Below are positions 34,417-47,997 of a DNA stretch of 64,000 nucleotides, piece by piece (within the stretch, counting starts at the first letter, position 1; the number at the start of each line of letters is the position of its first letter). A program made the position numbers and the translations under genes. The notes beneath the pieces are model-generated. The model did not search any database. It worked only from the letters and a program-made list of their open reading frames with translations, and was not told the DNA's origin. Source of the stretch: Azolla caroliniana (Eukaryota; Plantae; Polypodiophyta); contig JBHGNT010000016.1 in NCBI GenBank assembly GCA_043228905.1, positions 7,068,001-7,132,000 on the forward strand, written 5' to 3'.

Positions 34417-36969
34417 TTACAAGTTATGACAAGTGTATTGCTTATTTACATGAGATACCGTAGCAACAAGCAGAGGTCCAGCTATGGCTGCTTGCATAAG
34501 CACCTCTTTGTCAGCTTCTCCCAAAGGCTTAGCTGCATTTGTTACAATGCACATAGATATATCCGACATCACATAGTTACAAGAAGAAACTTGGTCTGAC
34601 CTCCAAAACGTATAGTCAAAAGAGAGTGCATCTTTCTCCATAGCTCGTTGCCTCTTCCTTAAAAGCTCTCTCGACCTCTCTCGACGGTGTTGGCTATGCT
34701 CCTGACCTGGTGGCCCAACTCTCAAGTAGTCCCGAAGCCGTGTAACACGTTCTTGCCATGTTCTCCTACATATCTCTGAGTTGTTGGATGATCTTTCCAT
34801 TGGCAGGTCCGGATATTCCAGCACTGAATCGCTAGTAGCATCATTTCTCTGCCCGACCACATCTAGTTGATGACTTTCAATGGATGGACTATTTCCCCTT
34901 GGTTCCTCACATTCCGTAAGAGTATCATTATTCGATTCATTGCATTTACTAAGAGAATCACTTCTATTATCCCTCAATTCCTTATGCAAATAATTAATTC
35001 TCGATGGATTTTCTATGCAATATGGACCGAATTCATGAGACTTATTATCATGATGCACACCTGTAACATTTTTACCCCTTTGAACACCCATACACCCTTT
35101 TGAACGCCCATAACTAGGCCAGGTACTATTTCCCTTGCTCCCTTCCTCATCATCAAGGATATCAAATCGAAGGCATCCCCTCAAAGCATCCTTGCTTGGT
35201 AAACCTGAAGAAATAGCCCCCTTACCAGTCCTCACTGCATTTGCTTCATGACCTTCATCTGACTCCTTGTCAGTGTCTTCTACCAAAAGAGACGGGTGAT
35301 TTAACATGAGTTTTGGGTCAGACTCTAAACACCGGTTTTGTATATAGACATTTTGTACATTCATGCTCAAACTTCCAGACAGATATAAACTGCCATATGA
35401 TGTATTCTCCACATGTGCACTTGTTGGCTGAGGATTTTTCAGGTGGAGGTGGTTAGGAACCCAATTAGAAGAGTTCACATTTGAAGAAGACGGAATTAAA
35501 GAATCATTTGTGTCACCTTCAGTAGAAGGTTCATTCAAATTGCCTACTACAGACGCTGTTGATGTATGATGCGAGGAACAGCCTTCTACATGAGCAAAAG
35601 AATCATTATGTTCTAACACCTTCGATTTGCCTTTGCAAATACCTATGTTCTTGGGGAAGTAGCTCTTCGACAATGGAAACATAGTTTGAAATTCCCCTTT
35701 CTTCCTCCTGTAGGTATAGGTTCCATTGATCATTGAGTTTGTTATGCTCTTGCCTTTTTTCTCTTTTGACTTGGAGACGTTTGCCACATCACGGATTTCT
35801 TCATCTTGTTCGTTAGTCAATGGAAGAATGCTATCACTAACACCATTTCCACTAAATTCCTGGAATTCTTGGCTAATATTTGTCTCAGAGCCTCCTTGAG
35901 AATCTAACAACTCAAAAGGTTTAGTTGTCGTTTCTATGATATTTACGTCATCATTTAGCTTCCAAATAGGAGCCTTGGATGTCTCTTTGATGTCATCACC
36001 TCCACTGTGCAAAGAATAGTTATGAATCTTTGCCAATTCATCCAATTCTTGAAGATACAAAGCCTTCATCTCGTCTATATGATGCTCGCGTAAGAAGACA
36101 GTTATGCTCTCTGCCATGTCAACAAGCAATAATCTTCTCAATTCTGGGAACTGAGAGATGAAAGGAGGCATAGCATCCCTCAGTTCATTAAGTCCCTGGA
36201 CAATGGCAAAGTGAATAACTGGAAGCATACGTGTCAACACATCATTTGTTGGTGCAATCACTCGACGAAGGCAAAAACTAGACAGCAGCTTCCTATTTAC
36301 AACCTCTTGAAGAATGGATGCATCTAATGCAGCTTTGCTATAACTGGACTTCTTTCCAGGCATATTATCATTAACACCACTATCATCTGAGCATTGAATC
36401 TCATCTTTTCTATATCCTAATATACCCTGCCTTATTCCCTTTGCTTCATCACTACCACCATCACTCCAAGCTTCTTGCCCATTTTCTTCTACATTTGTCA
36501 AACCATCAAAGTAATTACTCTGGCCAGAGATATTGTCCTCTTCACACTGCGATTCAGTTGGTGCTACTCTCGTATCTTTTAATCCCATTAGGTTAAGATC
36601 AAGCTCCGAAAAATCCCCAGATTTTGCAGCCATGAAAACAAATTTCTCAACCGAACTTCCAATCTCAGCATAACGCATGCATCTAGCCCATGAAGGTGGC
36701 TCCTCTTTCGGTTGCCCTACTCTTACCACTAATGAATTAAGAAACTTGAAAGCCTTAACCATGCCATAGATTTTATGCAGCCTTTCATCATATGATGAGA
36801 AATTTCCAGGGCAAATAATAGAGAGTGAAGTAATACGAACGGCTTGTTCACGGAAGGCCTTGGAAACTGACATGCATCGGACCAGAGATTTGCAATCCAA
36901 AATGAATGAGAAAATGAGATGGGTAACTTCGTCAGGCAGGCCATCGAAGTATTCGGAGTGGATATTCAT
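34417..36969 (-). CDS. F-box protein (~850 aa; At1g30200/AUF-like family with long insertions), single coding exon
   Basis: N-terminal F-box FDGLPDEVTHLIFSFILDCKSLVRCMSVSKAF; AEIGSSVEKFVFMAA motif; splice acceptor just upstream of ATG 36969; candidate 5'UTR exons at ~38303-38373 and from ~39097 upward. Confidence 0.85.
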   Translation of the reverse strand: MNIHSEYFDGLPDEVTHLIFSFILDCKSLVRCMSVSKAFREQAVRITSLSIICPGNFSSYDERLHKIYGMVKAFKFLNSLVVRVGQPKEEPPSWARCMRYAEIGSSVEKFVFMAAKSGDFSELDLNLMGLKDTRVAPTESQCEEDNISGQSNYFDGLTNVEENGQEAWSDGGSDEAKGIRQGILGYRKDEIQCSDDSGVNDNMPGKKSSYSKAALDASILQEVVNRKLLSSFCLRRVIAPTNDVLTRMLPVIHFAIVQGLNELRDAMPPFISQFPELRRLLLVDMAESITVFLREHHIDEMKALYLQELDELAKIHNYSLHSGGDDIKETSKAPIWKLNDDVNIIETTTKPFELLDSQGGSETNISQEFQEFSGNGVSDSILPLTNEQDEEIRDVANVSKSKEKKGKSITNSMINGTYTYRRKKGEFQTMFPLSKSYFPKNIGICKGKSKVLEHNDSFAHVEGCSSHHTSTASVVGNLNEPSTEGDTNDSLIPSSSNVNSSNWVPNHLHLKNPQPTSAHVENTSYGSLYLSGSLSMNVQNVYIQNRCLESDPKLMLNHPSLLVEDTDKESDEGHEANAVRTGKGAISSGLPSKDALRGCLRFDILDDEEGSKGNSTWPSYGRSKGCMGVQRGKNVTGVHHDNKSHEFGPYCIENPSRINYLHKELRDNRSDSLSKCNESNNDTLTECEEPRGNSPSIESHQLDVVGQRNDATSDSVLEYPDLPMERSSNNSEICRRTWQERVTRLRDYLRVGPPGQEHSQHRRERSRELLRKRQRAMEKDALSFDYTFWRSDQVSSCNYVMSDISMCIVTNAAKPLGEADKEVLMQAAIAGPLLVATVSHVNKQYTCHNL

Positions 36970-37486
36970 ATTGAGATTACTCTGCACATTCAGCAAAGCA
37001 AGTCATAAACACCAAAATATCACCTTTTCTAACTTTAAGGTTAGCTGAGATTCAACTACTCATTCAGTGAGATTCCGTGAGATTCAGCAAGCTTTGTAAT
37101 AACAATCCAAGAGTTTTCTACTAAATCCTTTATCAAAAACCTACCCCAGTGTTTAGCATTGTTAGCATCACATTTTCAAAAGTTTCAGGAAATTTCCATG
37201 ACATCCATCAATCATTCATTCATGAACTCAAGAACTATAGCTGCTTGGAACTTTGACAAGCTCTACTACCAGTAAAGCCTTTCCTGCTAAATTTAATTCT
37301 CTTAAAGCCTTCATGTATAAATCTTTTTGCAAAAGCCCAGCTAAGACATTGCAAATCTCAGCATCAACTTTTCTAGATTTTGGCGCATACTGAATGACTC
37401 AGTTATACGAAAATGTTTTCCAAAAAAAAACTAAAACATTTAAGAGCTTCAGAACCTAGTCACTGATGTTACTCAAAACTCTCTAC

Positions 37487-37707
37487 CATAGTATGAACCA
37501 TACGTACCATACATGCATTAGCATTCGAGTAAGAAAAACGCCCTCAAATAATGATAAATACCATACTTTTGGATTATCTATTTATTATGAGGCAAATAAG
37601 CCTAAAAAATGGAAAAAAAACAAGAATGTTTGAATAACATTTGCATTTGTTTTCCAACGTAGGAAAACGAATGTTATGCTAGACGAACACGAACTTTACA
37701 TACTATG
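37487..37707. mobile_element. MITE (~220 bp) in the F-box 5'UTR intron
   Basis: TIR CATAGTATG...CATACTATG; near-duplicate flanks (TCTCTAC); inverted second copy at 62202-63226. Confidence 0.75.
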
Positions 37708-40700
37708 TGAATCTCTACTATTGTTTCTTTTGGGAAACCTCACAAAGCCACTAAGAGTTTCAGAATCAGGGCTTTTAGGATTTCATTTAATTTCATTCCA
37801 GAGTTTTGATACATTCTGTCACTATCAACATTTGTCAAAACTTAACTGAGCTTAACCAAAAGCAGTAAATTCCAGATGAAATATACTCACCTTATATATA
37901 TGAAATTGTGAAGATGTACAGGTTTCACTAGGAATTGAAAGAAACCACTTTCGCAATCCCCCAGCAGCGAGAAACAAATTTTAATTTCGCCTCCTATCAT
38001 AGGTAGAAAACAAGAAACTGGTGCATAAATGCATGAAATTATACAATAGAAAGCGCATAAACAGCATAAAAATAAGGGATATTCAACAAAGCACTGGCAA
38101 ACTTGTTTCATGAAATAACCAAAGATACCCCTTACAACAAAAACTAATCATTTCAATATTATTCAAGGCTGGTATTATTCAATATTATTCACGAAAGTAA
38201 ATACGGGACAGAAAATGCATACCAAAGCATGATAAGAGCGATGACGGTATAAAAAGCATAAAAAGAATACATCATGAGGATGAACACAGACAGAATACTT
38301 ACCCTAATGTTTACTGATATCTTTGCCCTCTTCCGTGAAGATTCCAGACAATCAGAAACCCTACGTTGCGAATCTGTGCAAAAACAAAAGATAAAACATT
38401 CCAAAATTGTGAACAAAAGCATATATTAACCAGCAAGCATTACTGATCTTGTTGATATAGAAGCCTGATATGTCAATCTATATTAACCATCAAGCCTTTT
38501 ATGGTTGAGAACAGAAACTATAGCATAAAGGCAATATTCCAAAGGAAATTTAAACTGGCGAAGATGTGAAGATAAGCATAAATGTGGCATCAAAAAGTTG
38601 GTAGCAAAAACACGAACAGTTAAATCTGTGCATAAAGAGGGAGAAAACATCATCCCAGAACTTTATATTGATCTTAAACTTGTATCGGAAAGCATACAAA
38701 AGAACTATTTCAAATATGAGCGTCACACAAATGTGTGTAGAAAACTACACCGATTGAGATAAATGAAACTAGTAAGCAGAATAAGAACCTTAAATAGTAA
38801 ATCTGTGCAGAAACGCATGGAAACGGCTGACACAAGGACAAGCAAACAAAAACTGAACACAAGTAAATCTACTGACTAATCAATGTGTTGATCTTCCTTC
38901 ACAAGAAAAAAAATTGAACCCCGAAATCATTTCTATTGGTAAAAGACATGAGGTTTAAATTTGTCCAAATTGAGTAGCTTCTACACATTAAAACGAGATT
39001 CAGATAGAGCCAGCGTAGAAATTAGGGTTTCAGATAGGCAAAACAGAAGAAAGTAGAAAAAACACAGACAAAACGGATAATAAAAAAAAATCAGACCTGA
39101 AAGCGATGCAGCAAAGAGAAGAAACGGATCAGATCAGATAAGCAGGGAAGAGAAAAGAAGATGAGAGGAGAGGGAAGAAAAGATCAGAGCTTTGCTTACA
39201 AGGTATGGAAGACGGCACACAGAAGCGGGAGTGAGGCAGCAAAAAAGGGGAAGGGCAGGGCCCATGAAGCGATGGATCAACCAAGAGTTCTTCCACTCTT
39301 TGTCTCTCTGTCTGAGCGAAGGAAGGAGAGCTAAGCAGAAGAAGAAGAAGAAGAAGAAGAAGAAGAAGAAGAAGAATCAGAGAGAGACAAGATGAGCTTC
39401 GAGCGCTCTGTCTGTCTGTGTGTGTTTGGCTGTGTCGAAGCGATGGATGGAAGAATCCATGGAAGCAGAAGAAGAAGCAGAAGCAGCAGAGAGCCTTCTT
39501 CTTCGACTGTGTCGCTTGATTCGCCCATCACCGGGCGTGTTCACACCTGTCCGGACATTTACCCCGCCCATCCACCCCCATTCACACTTGTCCGGACATT
39601 TGCCCCCCCCCCCCCCCCCCAATGGACCCACCCTCCCTCTATACATATGTATTTACTACATGCATATATGTACATATATATATGTGTGTCATCTTCTTCT
39701 CCTTTGGGTGTGCTCACACCCCCACCATCTCCTCTCCCGTTACTACTTGTTGTCTGGACTGTTCAACTATCTATCTGGATTCGGACCTATCTTATCTATC
39801 TTAACTCTCTGCATTATGAACTATCTTATCTATCTCTCTATTATCGTGTTTCACACTGCCTTCCCACACACCCTCCCCACCCCCCCAGATTGCTTGGGGA
39901 CTAGTTAGCTCTTAACGTGACCGGCACATTAGATGCGAATGCGTCGAATGGGAGAAAGGCCCCACCCCACTTGGCCATAATTGGGCCCAATACGAGCGGA
40001 CGACAAGATCTAGCACCTTCCCATAACGCCTCAACTATATATATTCACCCCACGGATCAACGTCTTCGTTGCTCCTACCACCACACGACTCCCTTTCACA
40101 CATTATACTACATATGTCGCGCGTAACTACGAGAACCATATTCTTCACCCGTTGGAAAAACCACACACATTAATACATGCTAGCGCCCATCTTGTTGTCT
40201 GCCATCTTAACCATTGCTTTCATGCGACTTAGCTCACACGCACTCTAATGTGAGATGAGGCACACATGATGAGAGCTGTTGATTATGCACACTTTGCCTG
40301 AAAACAAGTTTTAGGAGTATGAGTATCATATGTTTGGTACAATGTTCTACCTTCTATCACATTCGACTAAGCTTTCCACGTATCTTTGATCCAACCCGAT
40401 CCTTGCATGAATTTCTTCTCTCCCAATTTCGACATTCATTGGTAAAGTTCTCGAACAATCGAGAGTCGCTCACTTTCACATGTATTACAAGAAATGTAAT
40501 ATTTTTGGTCTAATAGGTTGTATTTGACCTCCAAAGATCCATAAAATCTCTCTCTATATATATACACACACAAAGATCGTCATAATTTCCACTCATTTCA
40601 ATGCCTATAACAACCCTTGTATAACACTAATTTTGGAGGAATGGTCCGCATTGAACTCATGTTGCTTCATTGATGATCTTGCTCACCATAAATAGTCCGC

Positions 40701-42255
40701 TCGGTGCGGTTTTGTTGGCCATAAATATCCCACTTGAAGGTCATATTTTCTAATGAGTTTCCAATTATTCTTACCAAACTGGACACAACTATTTCAAAGT
40801 ATCATGCAAAACAAGTTCGCATAACGAGGAATGCCCAAGGAGTTAGCTTTAAATTTCTATGAGATTGACAACACACCCATGTTCGAGCCACATGTGAGGA
40901 TTTTACTTTGTTGTCCAACTAGTGTGCTTTTTTTATGAAGGTTTTTTTAGCATAAACATATTCATCTCGATTCGCCACCCGCACATTTCCCTTTGTCAAC
41001 TTTATTTTGCCTTCTAGGGCATGCATGCATGGTGCTCTACTCACCATCCCCTTGGGAGTTACTTTATATTATTTAGAGTATTCTTTAATATTTTACCTAA
41101 AATAAATTCTCGTTCACATGGTGGGATTCTTGGCCCTCAAAGATAGTCATGTTCTGGAAATTGCACTTCAACCATAATGGCTGATCAATTATAGGTTACT
41201 AAAATTGGGCTCCAATTATAGGTTACTAAATCAAACTAACAATACAAGGTGAACCATGTGATTTTTGGTTCGCCTCACATTGTTAGTTCGATTTACAAAA
41301 AACTCACATAGTTGGAGGTCACTTGTCTTTGGTTCATTCCACATCTTCAATCTTGCCAGACAATGATTGCTTGAAGTTTGTACTTTGGGTTCATCCTACA
41401 TAATCATGACTTGAAAAAAGAAATGTTATTGCAAAAAGAAATGGTCCACTTGAAACTTACACCTCTCTCTTGATTTGTCTTCATCTTGCATCAAATCCAT
41501 TGTACGTCCTAAAAATAGGGCCAATTGGGCTTTACACCTCCTTTGGATCTTTTGACCATATGTATTGCCAAGCTTCCGTGTTTGCAAGAAAATCTTAGTA
41601 AAGAGTCATATTCGATGTTGGGTGGTTAGTTTGGGACATGATCATGGGCGTTATACATGCATTGCATGGGGGAGTTAAAAGAGCTCAATGCATTGTCTAG
41701 AATCACTTCGAGACCCATCAAGACACACAAAATGTTCCTATACTTTACAACCTTGTTTGAGTCTCGATACATGCACATCTTTTTTATGTCCTCAAGAGAT
41801 TCATTGCAATCTCTTGGGTTCTTTCCATTTCGTGTGAATGAGCACAAAGAATGGGAGAGGTTATACTTATATTTGATGTTGGGAGGAGATTATGTGTCAC
41901 ATGGTTATTGAGAAAAGGACACGTGGAATTGATAGTATTGCCTTGGTAGGACTATTTTGATGGAGCTACATTTCATCCAGGTATGTCTACCTTTCACGTT
42001 TCATCATTATCATGTGAAACTACCTAGTTCAACAATTTTATCCATAAAAATTATTATTGCCTTAATCGTACTCATGTAACACGTGGTTAACAACGTTGGG
42101 GGGTCGATGTGCCAATTTGAAAGCCTCAAGTTTCCATCCAAACAAATGAATAGATTGGCCTCCAAGCATACCCATACGTATGTGTTCATTGTTGTAAGGA
42201 CATTACTACGGTTGCAAATACTTTTATCCACCCAATATAAGTTTTCAACATTTCT

Positions 42256-42928
42256 CCCTACCGGTGGGAGCATGACAACGTGAGAACCTTAGCTCTCCTA
42301 ATTGTGTAGAGTGCCCACATGCAGTGAATCAATATGACACGCTCTGTGGGGCTGCCCAACGTCCCATCGAATATGGTGGGGGGTTGGCCGCTTGTTGCAA
42401 TTATGCCAGGTGCAAGGCTCCATCAAGTGGGGAAATATATGTTGGCTATCATGGCAGACCCCAGTTAGCAGATATGAGCATCAAGAGGAGGGGATCACTT
42501 TGGTGATAAAAGCACAAGAGGTTTCTTTCTCCACTAGTGGTAATGTCCACTCAACTCCTCTTAATGACAAAGCTCAAGTTGTGTTGGAATTGGTCAGCCC
42601 AATAACTCTTTGGATTCTATGGAAACAACGGTGTAGACGGGTCTTCTCCAACCAAACCGCGCATCCAACAAGGCTACTGCAAGAGATATGGGGTGAAATT
42701 GTTGCCACTCTAAAGAGCCAATATGATGGCCTCAAGGGCGGCTCCGATGGAGTGGAAAGACAACGAATAGCCTTCATCCAACAATGGTTGCCCTCTCCCT
42801 TTCTTGAGTCAATGGGCATCCACATAAGATGGAACTATCGCGTCCCTACAGGGATTTGTACATAATCGTCTCATCTGTAAAATTTTATAACTAATGGAAG
42901 GAGTTTTTTTTTGGAAAAAAGAAGAAGA
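42256..42928 (+). mobile_element. 5'-truncated L1-clade LINE 3' end, related to the 4801-21292 element
   Basis: zf-RVT remnant and ORF2 C-terminus (LWILWKQRCRRVF...LKSQYDGLKG); same tail TAACTAATGGAAG..T-run-GG-A-run-(GAA)n; 17-bp TSD AAGTTTTCAACATTTCT at 42239-42255 and 42929-42945. Confidence 0.88.
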
Positions 42929-45900
42929 AAGTTTTCAACATTTCTGGATTGGGATATCCATAGAAGAATAGAATTACATTATAAAGTTAATTATCATAAG
43001 TAGATGAATGATAATCAAAATAGGATCATGACATATGTAACTTGTAAGCATAAATTGAGGTGTTTGTATATTGGTGAATTAAGGAACGGAAATTGGCGAA
43101 TGGCTCTCTAGGCATTACTAGTTCTACAAGGAGTTGTTAATTATCATTAGTTTATATATGCCCAATAAATACTCTATTCAAGAAATGTAATGAGTGATCG
43201 ATATTAGCAAATGACCTTTTAGCAAAGGCGATCATGAGTTAGTTTTTACGTGATACCAAAAATATTGAATGGAATTTTTTGGCGGGGATTCTAATAGAAC
43301 GAGCAAGTTGGAAAAACTAAGCACTTTACCGAGGGCACAATCATAGTCCACACACTTGAGATAATGTGTGGTACATGCATATCTAAAACACATTTGTTTC
43401 CCATGTGTCTAAGTCAATAAGATGTTGAGTGATGGGATTGATTACTTAAATGGATCGCCTAGTTTTATAAAGCTCTCTTTAGATGCCGACCGAATTCAAA
43501 TAAAGTGTAGAACGTGACAAGCTTGAGTTAGAACTACGATTTTCATGCATTTTACATACGTAAAACTTTAGTCATACATGTGAGTCTGTTCACGAGAAAA
43601 AGAGATTATTTTTTTGAGACTCCAAAGTCCAGAATCTAGATGCTTAAATGCATCGTAATCTAAGAACCCAAGTTTTCATCATTGATCTAAATGTTTTCAA
43701 GCCTCATAACGTGGTTATAAGGCTACCCCTTGATCATAATTGCAAATTGCATCGTGATTGTTTTAAAAAGGGCATTGTTTGGAAATGATGTTATTGCTAC
43801 ATCTATCGGTATATGTTGTCACATTTCTTCACATGAGACACATTATTATGCTTCTACTTTAATACTCCCATAATATAATCGTAATTGGTTGCTAAATTTT
43901 TGTGTATCCAAAGCTCATTTCAATTTGAAGATTCAACCCACCCAATCTTTCCACAAATCAAACACCATGGTGTTGCTAAACATTTACTTGAAACACAATC
44001 ATAACCCATGATTAATTAAGTGTGCACGATAGGGCCATCATCTCGACCCTGTTTGCAATACTTGCTAAATGACAAGTCCATAGTTTATGATGTCACACCA
44101 TTATGGATGTGTTTGCTTTATATTACAGAAAGGGGGATGAAAAAAACATTATAAAAAATGTTCTTAGTATATACGACTTGACACATAAAGCTCAAACTTA
44201 TGCATTAAATCCAGGATTCAAGTTTTTCCATTTGTTTCGTCATATCCATATTGTTGAGGAGAGTATATGTCTTGCTTGCACCTAATTCTTTAAAAGAAAA
44301 TGCTAGTGGCAGTGCTCTTTCCATTGTAGTTGTAGTTCATCCACCCACAAACTTGGACATACCTCTTCATGAAAAGTCACACATTCTCCATGACTCTACT
44401 AATGCTCTTATAATGAACTATAATGGATTAGTTGCCATCATTGATAGACATATGTATTTCATTGTCACCACTTTAGCACATAAAATCCTCAATGATGTGC
44501 AAGCCTTTCAGTAAGACCGAACATTCGTTTAGGTCTACCTATAATTTCATCTCCAATGTTCACATGTCAATTCAACATTTTTTATTATCCAATTAGATAT
44601 CATACAGACTATTTCAGGTGCATTGGATGCCACAATAGTTCTGTGTGGAGACACATGCGTGTTCCAATGTCATGAACCATGGATTTGAAGTGGGTCCATC
44701 TCTCTATATGCATGATATGTTATGACATATAGGCAAGAAGTCACATTGTTGGTTGTCAAAGCTTAAAGAGTAAAATATGGCTTATCCTACCAAGTTATCT
44801 GAGTTTGACATTTGATTTCTTTAAAATGGATATTGGAATTAAGATGGCCCAAGTTTAGGCCTAAATGCTACATGAGAATATAACTATCACTAACTATGTT
44901 AGGAATGAAAAAGGCGCAATCACTAAAACATAGACTTACGTTTTCCTTGTCTCTACTTTATATGAACAACACAAAAATGTATCATGACTTTGATTCAAAG
45001 TTTCACACATTTTAAGGGTTCAAATAACATTGATGCATTTGTCGTTATTTCATAGTTCTCCAGGAAACCCAACCTTCTGGGTATCACAACAAACTTGTAA
45101 TATAGACAGTAAGTCATGGTGTATGTTATGGGCTCACATGATCTTATTGGTTTATTTACATTCTTAAAGATACTATTGTTATAGTATTTTATGAATCGAT
45201 GTATGCTAGCACCTTATGTTGGGATTTCATGGAAAGTAGCCAACATAATTTTATGCGATTAGAAATAGAACTTTCGAAAAGTAACCAACACAAATACTTG
45301 TTTCTTGCATAGTTGTCTACTTTCCGACTTCATTTAAAGTAGGTATTATAAATATACTAGACTAGGAAGAACCTTTAAAAAGCAACCCAATATTGCCATA
45401 AAAAACTGTTCTGGGAAAAAGATTATTCTTATCGACAACTTAAAATATACGTGGATTAAAAATGCTTTTAGACAAAAAGAGATTCCACTAAAAGCATAAA
45501 CTTCTAAATATTACAACAAAATTTGATGTCTCATTTTCTTGTCATGGAAGGATCAACGTCTCTTTGCATTCAACTACCCAATATTTTTTACATGAAAATC
45601 TGGGCATCCATCTATAGAGCTCTTTATTGATTCATATGGTGTGTGCATAGAATGTTTGGTAAGGACATAAGATGTTGGGTGATGAGTGAGAGGTTGCATG
45701 GTACATAAATCCATATGAGCCACAAGGAAAGGTAATGTTAGAATGGGACAATGGACAGACCATTACTTGTCACAAATGATCGCTTATAACAACTAACAGA
45801 TGGACACAACATTACAATTGTAAATAAAAAATAAAGCCAAGACACAGTCACACCATCCTTCTAACATCATGACAACTAACAAAATTTCAAGAACATTCTA

Positions 45901-46859
45901 TTATGTTTTGAAAAATATGTTAGGAATATGAGAGCTAAGGTGAAAGATCAATTTATATGTCTCAATGTTTAACAACCCGATGGGAATAAGAGTGATAGCC
46001 CAAGAAATAACATACAAAGTTGTTAGGCACGCGTGCTCTTGACCATACCTCAAATGTATTTAACTTACAACCCTAAAATTTTCTCATTATTTCCATAATG
46101 TGACCTTATTTATTTGCTCTACAATTTCATAGTATAATGTACCCCTAGCAATTGTTTTACGCATCCATAACATAACCTACCCCTAACAACTTAATTACAC
46201 TTCCAATACATTAGAATGAGGTGCATCTTGTCTAATATTATTGCAACCTCTTCTCAAATACCAATAGAAAGTTCACATAAGAACCTTCATGAAAGAAAAG
46301 AGTGATAGAAGTACACAAACACATATGTTCATAAAATTTAGGTAACCTTGTGGCATTATTCTAGTTGAGTATGAGGTACACATTACTTCACATGACTTAT
46401 ATGCTCCACCTATTATCCTCTCATATAGTTAAGTTCTACCCAACACAAAGGCTCATGAACATTAAAGATTTCATAACCCTTTCAAGGAAAGTTATAAATG
46501 AAGCTCAAACATGAGTATGCATACATTTTCCCTAATTGTGTGAATACCTCTTTGGATGTAGTGAAATATGATCCATGCATTTTTTGGATGATAAAAAATG
46601 CTTTGAGATGTAACAGATTACAATTAATGGGAATACAACTTTGGTTTCTACAATTAATGTGAACGAATGAACCTAGAACCTAGTAGATAATTAGACGATA
46701 CCGTTTTTGAGACAACCTCCACAGAGAGGCCAATATTGACCCATGGGACTTAGGACATCTGTGGACATTATAATGCTCATTCAAGATACCACTGTCCACA
46801 ACCAATTTATGCAACGAATCACATTGGACGAAAACAATCCTAACAATTTAAGCTAATAT

Positions 46860-47485
46860 TTGTGTAATGTATCAGAGTATGTTGTTTGAAAAAATGACGA
46901 GGAACACAAAAACATAAGACATAGTTGATGTATGCAATTTAACATTCATGCTAATTGTTTGAATATTTACAATCAATGAGTGTAGTGCCTGAGAATGTAA
47001 CACTCTCTGACTCTAGGATGACCATCGTCCTCTACACATAGTTCATAACAAATATAACTCAATGTTGCTATTGCCCTCGATGGAGTACAAGAAATCGTAG
47101 ACAATTGATCTCCTTGAGGTTAGCAAAATTCACAAGGAACACAAAAGCATAGACATAATTGACGCACTCATGAGCTTAAGGTTCGCGCTAATTGTTCAAA
47201 TATTTTTAATCGACCATTGCCTAAGAATGTAACACTCCAATTCTAGGATGACCATTGTCCTCTACATATAATATAGTTCATATAAAATATAACTCAATGA
47301 TGCTATTGCCCCCGATGGAGAACAAAAAGCCGTAGACCATTGATCTCCTTGAACTTTCGAACTATAGGATGACCATCGTCCTCTACATATAATATAGTTC
47401 ATATCAAATATAACTCAATGGTGCTATTGACCCTGATGGAGTACAAGAATCCCTAAACTTTCCAACTCTAGGATGACCATCATCT
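46860..47485. repeat. Degenerate tandem repeat array (3-4 partial copies)
   Basis: Recurring CTAGGATGACCATCGTCCTCTACA...TAGTTCATA...AATATAACTCAATG.TGCTATTG...GATGGAG. Confidence 0.8.
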
Positions 47486-47517
47486 TCCAACTCTCTCTCT
47501 CTCTCTCTCTCTCTCAT

Positions 47518-47665
47518 AATTAGCTCACCCTAGTGGTAAGTAGTTACACTACAAGCACTACAACTTGGGTTCGAAACTGAATCTCTCAATTTTCTCAACT
47601 CTATTACTTCGTGCATATCTATTAATTTACTAGACGTCGTTGAGGAATTAAGGATTGAACCCATC
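47518..47665. mobile_element. Second copy of the convergent double tRNA-like element
   Basis: AATTAGCTCACCCTAGTGGTAAG...CTACAAGCACT...TTGGGTTCGAAAC aligns with the reverse complement of 27065-27212; opposite-strand B box GGGTTCAATCC near 47652-47662. Confidence 0.6.
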
Positions 47666-47997
47666 CCTCCCTTTGTCCCTATATCAAGTGCCACATTCCC
47701 AAGTGCAATGTTGGCACTTTCCCAATAGGTAATGCACATCACTTGGATAAATATTGAACACCTTTGTATACTTGAGATATATTATATGGAATATGTCCAT
47801 GGATATATACACCCATAATTCATACATGAGACAAATTATGGAGGATGCAACATGGTACACCACACATGGCTCATATATAAATGTTTCATAAATCATTATG
47901 GAGCATAAAATATGCACACCACATAAATATATAGATATATTCCAAAATGACATAATTATATGCTCTATTTTTTATCTAGTAGAGGTACTACAAATCG

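Noticed and set aside
39192-39908. Pro/Ser/Lys-rich ORFs
   Set aside because: Microsatellite and poly-C promoter/UTR sequence
40140-46800. Probable highly decayed retroelement remnants (also a gypsy RNase H-like trace at ~21885-21950)
   Set aside because: Only faint motif traces; boundaries and family cannot be supported by eye
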